64,000 nt of DNA, taken from contig CAVQYR010000002.1 in NCBI GenBank assembly GCA_963718235.1, positions 96,001-160,000 of the forward strand, read 5' to 3'. The position numbers and the translations under genes were made by a program. Shown here piece after piece: positions 58,379 to 64,000 of this stretch. Each line of letters begins with the position of its first letter. The stretch's first letter is position 1. The notes under the pieces are model-generated. The model was not told where the DNA came from. It worked only from the letters and a program-made list of their open reading frames with translations, and did not search any database. This DNA comes from an uncultured Actinomycetota bacterium. GTDB taxonomy: Bacteria > Actinomycetota > Actinomycetes > JAHEKZ01.

Positions 58379-59778
58379 CGGGACGCCTTGAGTGGTGAGT
58401 ACCGGCGCAGCGCCTCCTCGCGCTCGGCCGCGTGGTCGACGATCCGTTGGGGATAGCCGTGGGCGTAGCCGTCCGGGGCCGCCCACGGCTCGTGTGCGAC
58501 CGCGCCGTCGAGGTGGCGCAGCTCCGGCACGTAACGGCGCACGTACTCGCCCTTGGGGTCGTAGGTGAGACCTTGCGTGACCGGGTTGAAGACCCGGAAG
58601 TAGGGCGCGGCATCGGTGCCGCATCCTGCGGTCCACTGCCAGCCGTGGGCGTTGGAGGCGAGGTCGCCGTCGACCAGGTGCCGGATGAACCACTGGGCAC
58701 CCACCTGCCACTCGAGGTGCAGGTCCTTGACGAGGAACGACGCGACGACCATCCGCACTCGGTTGTGCATCCATCCCTCCGCAAGCAGCTGCCGCATGCC
58801 GGCGTCGACGAGCGGGTACCCGGTCCGGCCCTGCTGCCAGGCGAGCAGGGCGGCGTCGGCGTCGGGGCCGGTGTCGTACGGCATCGCAGCGAACTCCGGG
58901 CGCAGGTACTGCTGGGCGCTCTGGGGGTTGTGCCACAGGACGTCGGCGTAGAACTCCCGCCAGGCGAGCTCGCGCCGGAATGTCTCGTGACCGGGGGAGT
59001 CGCCGAGCGCGGCGAGCAGGGTGCGCGGGTGGATCTCGCCGTACTTCAGGTGCACCGACAGCCGCGAGGTCGCGTCCAGGTCGGGTCGGTCGCGGTCGGT
59101 CTTGTACCGGTCCAGCGCACCGGAGGTCACGAAGTCCGACCATCGCTGGAGCGCGGCCGACTCGCCGGCGGCAGCGACGTCGGCTGCGGGCTCGTCGCTC
59201 GCTGCGGGTTCCGTCGGTTCGTCGGGGTAGCCCGCGCACTCGAGCGGCATCACCCACCGGACGAGCCGGTCTGCTGAGTCCGCGGGTGTGCGCCAGCCAT
59301 GTCTCACCCACGCCCTCATGAACGGCGTGTAGACCCGGTAGGCGGTGCCGTCGGGCTTGGTGACCCGACCGGGGGCGACGGCGTAGGCCGAGCCGGTCGT
59401 GGTGAACGCGATGCCTGCTTCGGCCAGCGCGGCCGACACCTTCTCGTCGCGGCGGCGTCCGTACGGCCCGAAATCGGCAGCCGCATGCACGGTCGTCGCC
59501 CCCACCGCTCGCGCAACGTCGACGACGTGCTGCGCAGGGTCCCCGTGGCGGAGCAACAGCGTGTCTCCGAGCGACTCGTCGAGCGAGCGCAGCGACCGGA
59601 CGAGGTAGGAGCGGCGAGCGGTCCCGGCGGGCGCCCACAGCACCGGGTCGACCACGAACAGCGGGACGACCTCGTCGGCAGCGTCGGCGGCTGCGAGCAG
59701 AGCCGGATTGTCCGACAGCCGGAGGTCGCGCCGGAACCACAGCACACTGCGGGATGCCGCGCTGCTCGAGGGAGCCAC
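58375..59778 (-). CDS. phrB: Deoxyribodipyrimidine photolyase
   Basis: WFRRDLRLSDNPAL, YRVYTPF, TSRLS.HL, WREFY, TGYPLVDAGMRQL, WMHNRVRM, DAAPYFRVFNP. Confidence 0.93.
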   Translation of the reverse strand: MAPSSSAASRSVLWFRRDLRLSDNPALLAAADAADEVVPLFVVDPVLWAPAGTARRSYLVRSLRSLDESLGDTLLLRHGDPAQHVVDVARAVGATTVHAAADFGPYGRRRDEKVSAALAEAGIAFTTTGSAYAVAPGRVTKPDGTAYRVYTPFMRAWVRHGWRTPADSADRLVRWVMPLECAGYPDEPTEPAASDEPAADVAAAGESAALQRWSDFVTSGALDRYKTDRDRPDLDATSRLSVHLKYGEIHPRTLLAALGDSPGHETFRRELAWREFYADVLWHNPQSAQQYLRPEFAAMPYDTGPDADAALLAWQQGRTGYPLVDAGMRQLLAEGWMHNRVRMVVASFLVKDLHLEWQVGAQWFIRHLVDGDLASNAHGWQWTAGCGTDAAPYFRVFNPVTQGLTYDPKGEYVRRYVPELRHLDGAVAHEPWAAPDGYAHGYPQRIVDHAAEREEALRRYSPLKASR

Positions 59779-59837
59779 ATCGCCACGCTAGGGGTGCCGC
59801 CCCCGCGCTGCACGTCGGACGTGGGCAGAATCGACCC

Positions 59838-61479
59838 ATGACGCTTCAGCCCAGTACCACCGTCTGGACCGACGCCCGCGTGTTCACTGCCGACCGGGAG
59901 CGGCCCTGGGCCGAGGCCCTGGCCTTCCGCGGCGACCGCATCGTCGCCGTCGGGACGCTCGACGAGGTGCGGGCGGCGGTGGACAGCGATGCGGCCGAGG
60001 AGTCGCTCGCTGGTGCCCTGGTGACCCCTGGCTTCATCGACGGTCACTTCCACACGGTGAGCACGGGTGAGTCGCAGGGCCGGGTCGACCTCGTGCACGC
60101 GAGGTCCCTGGAGGAGATCCAGCGGCTTGTCGTCCAGCATGCGTCCGCGCACCCCGACGACAAGTGGGTCCTCGGCAAGAGCTGGCTGTTCGACGCGATC
60201 CCCGGTGGCCACCCGACGGCCGAGATGCTCGACGTGGTCGTCCCTGACCGCCCGGTCGTGCTCGACGCGAACGACTACCACTCGGCGTGGGTCAACACGG
60301 CCGCGCTGCTGGAGCTCGGCATCAAAGCCGACAGCCCCGACCCCGTGGGTGGCCGGATCGACCGTGACCCGGTCACCGGTGCAGCGACCGGGTTCCTCGA
60401 GGAGAACGCCGCGGGTGTCTACGCGTGGGACCACCTCGAGCGGATCACCACCGACCAGACCAGGCTCGACCAGCTGCGCGCTGCGATCGCTGCCTGCAGC
60501 GCTGCGGGGCTGACCGGGGTGATCGACATGGCGATGCGCGACGCCGACCTGCTGGCGATGCAGACCGCTCAGGAGCAGGGCTGGCTCGACCTTCGGGTCG
60601 TCGGCCACTGGGTGATGGACCGCGACGGGCGACCACAGGACCATCTCGACCGGATCGCGCACGTGGCCGAGCTCGCCAAGCGCAACCCCACGGCGCGGCT
60701 TCGGATCGGCGGGATCAAGCTCTGGGTCGACGGCGTGATCGACGGCTGCACGGCTGCAGTCAGCCAGCCCTACGTGAACGGTGCGATGCCGGCCCCGCAG
60801 TGGGACGCCGACGCACTCGACCCGGTCGTCGAGGCAGCAGATGCGGCGGGGCTGCAGGTGGCGATGCACGCGATCGGTGACCACGCGGTGAAGCTCGCGC
60901 TGGACGCCGTGGAGAAGGCACAGCGAGCCGAACGGGCGCCGTCCTGGTGAGCTGCGGCACCGGATCGAGCACATCGAGTACGCGCGACCCGAAGAGCTCG
61001 CCCGGTTCGTCGAGCTCGGCGTCACCGCGTCGATGCAGCCGGTCCACGCCGACCCGGCGATCGCGGAGAACTGGGTCGCGATGCTCGGTGAGCCGCGGGC
61101 GTCGTTCGGGTTCCGCTGGAGTGATCTCGTGGTCGCGGGCGCGCGGCTCGTCTTCGGCACCGACGCACCGACCGCGCCCTACCAGCCGCTGGCCAACCTC
61201 TTCATCGCGGCCACCCGACGCTCGGCCATCGAACCGTCGCTCCCGACCGGTCGTGGCGCCGACCAGGTGCGCCCACTGGACGACGCCTTCGCCCACGCCA
61301 CCGCTGACGCCGCCTGGTCCTGCTTCGAGGAGGAGAGCCGCGGCCGGATCGCCTCGGGGCTGCTCGCCGACCTGGTCGTCATCTCCCCCCAGGTGTTCGA
61401 CGAGCCGGCTGACGCGCTGCTGACCGCCCAGGTGCAGCGGACCCTCGTGGGTGGTCGTGAGGCGTACCGCGCCGACTGA
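59838..61479 (+). CDS. Amidohydrolase (YtcJ/Amidohydro_3), one apparent +1 insertion near 60943
   Basis: PGFIDGHFH, HSAWVN, KLWVDG, HAIGD, then in the shifted frame RHRIEHIE, MQPVH, GTDAP, GLLADLVV. Confidence 0.85.
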
Positions 61480-61519
61480 CCGAGCAGCCGGTCCGGGGCC
61501 GATGGGTGACAATGGCCCG

Positions 61520-62197
61520 GTGACCGACCTCATCGACACCACCGAGATGTACCTGCGCACGGTGTTTGAGCTCGAAGAAGAAGGCATCGTCCCGCTGCGT
61601 GCTCGGATCGCCGAGCGCCTGGGCCAGAGCGGGCCCACGGTCAGCCAGACGGTGGCGCGGATGGAGCGCGACGGGCTGATCACGGTCGAGGGCGACCGCC
61701 ACCTGCAGCTGAGCGACGAGGGCCGGGCTATGGCGACCCGGGTCATGCGCAAGCACCGGCTGGCCGAGTGCCTGCTGGTCGAGGTGATCGGCCTGGCCTG
61801 GGAGGACGTCCATGCGGAGGCGTGCCGGTGGGAGCACGTCATGAGCGAGACGGTCGAACGACGCATCCTCGACTTGGTCGGGCACCCGACCCACTCGCCG
61901 TTCGGCAACCCGATCCCCGGGCTGGACGAGCTGGGCGAGGCCGCCGCGGCCGCCGACGGGGCGGTGGTCGGGCTCGACACCGTCGCGGGCGAGACGTCCC
62001 GGCGGGTCGTCGTGCGCCGGATCGGCGAGCCCCTGCAGCACGACGTCGAGCTGATGGGCCGGCTGCGGCGGGCCGGGGTCGTGCCCGGCCAGGTCGTCAA
62101 GGTCTCGACGTCCGAGGGCGGCGTGATGGTGGGCAGCGGCATGGAGTACGCCGAGCTCTCCCGCGCCACCGCGGCCCACGTGTTCGTCGGCGTGTAG
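61520..62197 (+). CDS. ideR: DtxR/IdeR family metal-dependent repressor
   Basis: DLIDTTEMYLRT, QSGPTVSQTVARMERDG, RKHRLAE, CRWEHVMS, SPFGNPIPG. Confidence 0.9.
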   Translation: MTDLIDTTEMYLRTVFELEEEGIVPLRARIAERLGQSGPTVSQTVARMERDGLITVEGDRHLQLSDEGRAMATRVMRKHRLAECLLVEVIGLAWEDVHAEACRWEHVMSETVERRILDLVGHPTHSPFGNPIPGLDELGEAAAAADGAVVGLDTVAGETSRRVVVRRIGEPLQHDVELMGRLRRAGVVPGQVVKVSTSEGGVMVGSGMEYAELSRATAAHVFVGV

Positions 62198-62217
62198 CGC
62201 CGATCCCCTCTCCTGAG

Positions 62218-62233
62218 GTACCCCCTGGGGTAT
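62218..62233. promoter_or_regulatory. CsoR-family operator 1
   Basis: GTACCCCCTGGGGTAT, a C-tract/G-tract palindrome. Confidence 0.8.
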
Positions 62234-62294
62234 CATTCTCCTCTTGGGCGAGGCGGCCGGTACCCCGGCCCGCCGTGCGGAGAGGAGACGAGCC

Positions 62295-62564
62295 ATGGAG
62301 CTCGACGAGGACGTCATGCGCGACGTGGTCACCCGGCTGCGCCGGGCCCAGGGCCAGCTGGGCGGGGTGATCGCCATGATCGAGGAGGGACGCGGGTGCA
62401 GCGACATCGTCACCCAGCTCGCGGCGGCGGCCAAGGCGGTCGACCGGGCCGGCTTCAAGATTGTGGCCTCGGGGCTCCAGCAGTGCCAGGACGCCGAGCT
62501 GCGCGGTGAGGTGCCCATGCTCGACCGGGCCCAGCTCGAGAAGCTGTTCCTCAGCCTGACCTAG
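62295..62564 (+). CDS. CsoR/RcnR family repressor (CstR-like)
   Basis: RLRRAQGQLGGV, GCSDIVTQLAA, LQQC, LEKLFLSL. Confidence 0.9.
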   Translation: MELDEDVMRDVVTRLRRAQGQLGGVIAMIEEGRGCSDIVTQLAAAAKAVDRAGFKIVASGLQQCQDAELRGEVPMLDRAQLEKLFLSLT

Positions 62565-62580
62565 TCCTGAGTTGAGACAG

Positions 62581-62596
62581 ATACCCCCCGGGGTAT
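62581..62596. promoter_or_regulatory. CsoR-family operator 2
   Basis: ATACCCCCCGGGGTAT upstream of the rhodanese gene. Confidence 0.82.
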
Positions 62597-62633
62597 ACAC
62601 TCGAGCCATCCGGACGACGAAAGGCCAGCGCCC

Positions 62634-62951
62634 ATGGTGACCAGCGTCAGCGTGCAGGACCTGCACACCGCGCAGCAGAACGGCGACCTCGTGGTCGACG
62701 TGCGCGAACGCTTCGAGTACGTGGGCGGACACGTGCCCGGTGCCCAGCACATCCCCATGGCCACCGTCCCCCTGCACATCGAAGACTTCCCGGCCGACCG
62801 ACCGGTCTACGTGATCTGCGAGTCCGGCGCGCGCAGCTGGCAGGTCGCCGCGTTCCTGGCCCGGCACGGCCGCACGGCCTACAACGTGGACGGCGGCACC
62901 TCGGCGTGGCGCGCGTCCGGACTACCCCTCGACTCGGGAGCAACGGCATGA
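62634..62951 (+). CDS. Rhodanese-like sulfurtransferase
   Basis: DVRE..EY..GHVPGA, active-site loop CESGARS, GGTSAW. Confidence 0.92.
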   Translation: MVTSVSVQDLHTAQQNGDLVVDVRERFEYVGGHVPGAQHIPMATVPLHIEDFPADRPVYVICESGARSWQVAAFLARHGRTAYNVDGGTSAWRASGLPLDSGATA

Positions 62952-64000
62952 CCACCTACACGAGCGCACCCCACGTCCTGGTCATCGACACCCCTGGCCT
63001 CGGCGACCGCAGCTACGTCGTCCATGACGGACGCCATGCCCTGGTCGTCGACCCGCAGCGGGACATCGACCGGGTCGAGCACCTGCTGGCCGAGCACGGC
63101 CTGCACCTGACGCACGTGCTCGAGACGCACGTGCACAACGACTACGTCAGCGGCGGTCTGGTCCTCGCGTCGCGTCACGAGGCGCAGTACGTCGTTCCCG
63201 GCGGCGTCGACCTCGCCTACCCGTGCACCCAGGTCGACGACGGCGACACCTTCGAGGTGGGCGAGCTCTCCGTGCGGGTCCTGCACACCCCCGGGCACAC
63301 CCCCCACCACAAGTCCTTCGCCGTCACGCGCGGTGACCACCCAGGTGCGGTGTTCACCGGAGGCTCGATGCTCTACGGCGCGGTCGGCCGCCCCGACCTG
63401 ATCGGCCCGGACGCGACGGTCGGTCTGGCCCATGACCAGTGGCACTCGGTGCGACGCATCGCCGACGAGCTCGAGCTGACCACCCACGTGTACCCGACCC
63501 ACGGCTTCGGCTCGTTCTGTGCCGCCACCCAGAACGAGGGCACCCGCGGCACGATCGCCGACGAACGCTCGTCCAACCCGGCGCTCACCCAGGACGAGGA
63601 GGCCTTCGTCGAGAGCATGCTGGCCGCTCTCGACGTCTTCCCGGCCTACTACGTGCACATGGGTCCGGCCAACGCGGCCGGGCCGGGGGCGATCGACCTC
63701 TCGCTGCCCGAGCCGGCCGAGCCGGCCGAGCTGCGGCGCCGGATCGACGCCGGTGAGTGGGTCATCGACCTGCGTTCCCGCGAGGTGTTCGCCCGCGGCT
63801 ACGTGCGGGGCACCCTCAACTTCGACCTCGACGGTCCGTTCATCGCCTACCTCAGCTGGCTGGTCCCGTGGGGCATGCCGGTGACCCTGCTGGGCGAGAC
63901 CCGCGAGCAGGTGGAGGCGGCGCAGCGCGAGATGGTGCGGATCGGCATCGACCGCCCGGCAGCCCAGGCGGTCGGCGGGCTGGACTTCTGGGTCGACGAC
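62948..64000 (+). CDS. MBL-fold persulfide dioxygenase-rhodanese fusion (CstB-like), 3' truncated by window
   Basis: Read manually: DTPGLGDRSY, VVDPQRD, THVHNDYVSGG, HTPGHTPHH, GRPDL, PTHGFGSFC, then rhodanese-like IDLRSRE.F..G.V.G; ATGA overlap. Confidence 0.88.
   Translation, partial: MTTYTSAPHVLVIDTPGLGDRSYVVHDGRHALVVDPQRDIDRVEHLLAEHGLHLTHVLETHVHNDYVSGGLVLASRHEAQYVVPGGVDLAYPCTQVDDGDTFEVGELSVRVLHTPGHTPHHKSFAVTRGDHPGAVFTGGSMLYGAVGRPDLIGPDATVGLAHDQWHSVRRIADELELTTHVYPTHGFGSFCAATQNEGTRGTIADERSSNPALTQDEEAFVESMLAALDVFPAYYVHMGPANAAGPGAIDLSLPEPAEPAELRRRIDAGEWVIDLRSREVFARGYVRGTLNFDLDGPFIAYLSWLVPWGMPVTLLGETREQVEAAQREMVRIGIDRPAAQAVGGLDFWVDD

Overview
High-GC actinomycete (Actinomycetota) chromosomal segment, mostly core-genome housekeeping genes. 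These include gpgS, a SAM-I riboswitch with a thrC-like/MoaD-like pair, cspA, CIRCE-groEL, XPB helicase and its WYL-containing partner, serC, citrate synthase 2, pdxH, photolyase and ideR. Accessory blocks are interleaved: an acs-pdhABC-ACP operon without E3; a GyrI/ABC exporter block; a TetR-linked polyamine-type ABC importer with flavoprotein, Rieske oxygenase, aminotransferase and acyl-CoA ligase genes sharing a three-copy operator; and a CsoR/CstR-rhodanese-persulfide dioxygenase locus truncated at the window end. The main unexplained structures are: (i) a parA + ribbon-helix-helix gene pair preceded by a 13-bp tandem array, resembling a type Ib partition module; (ii) a ~225-nt structured minus-strand transcript with a strong SD and a 12-codon ORF; (iii) a 68-bp terminally palindromic repeat present twice, 18 kb apart; (iv) a 27-aa leaderless membrane micro-protein; (v) a double-hairpin leader ahead of a PQ-loop-like gene. 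Six genes are broken only by +1 single-base insertions, which are most likely assembly errors rather than true pseudogenes. No rRNA, tRNA, CRISPR array, transposase or integrase was recognised. All calls come from visual motif recognition; no searches were run.
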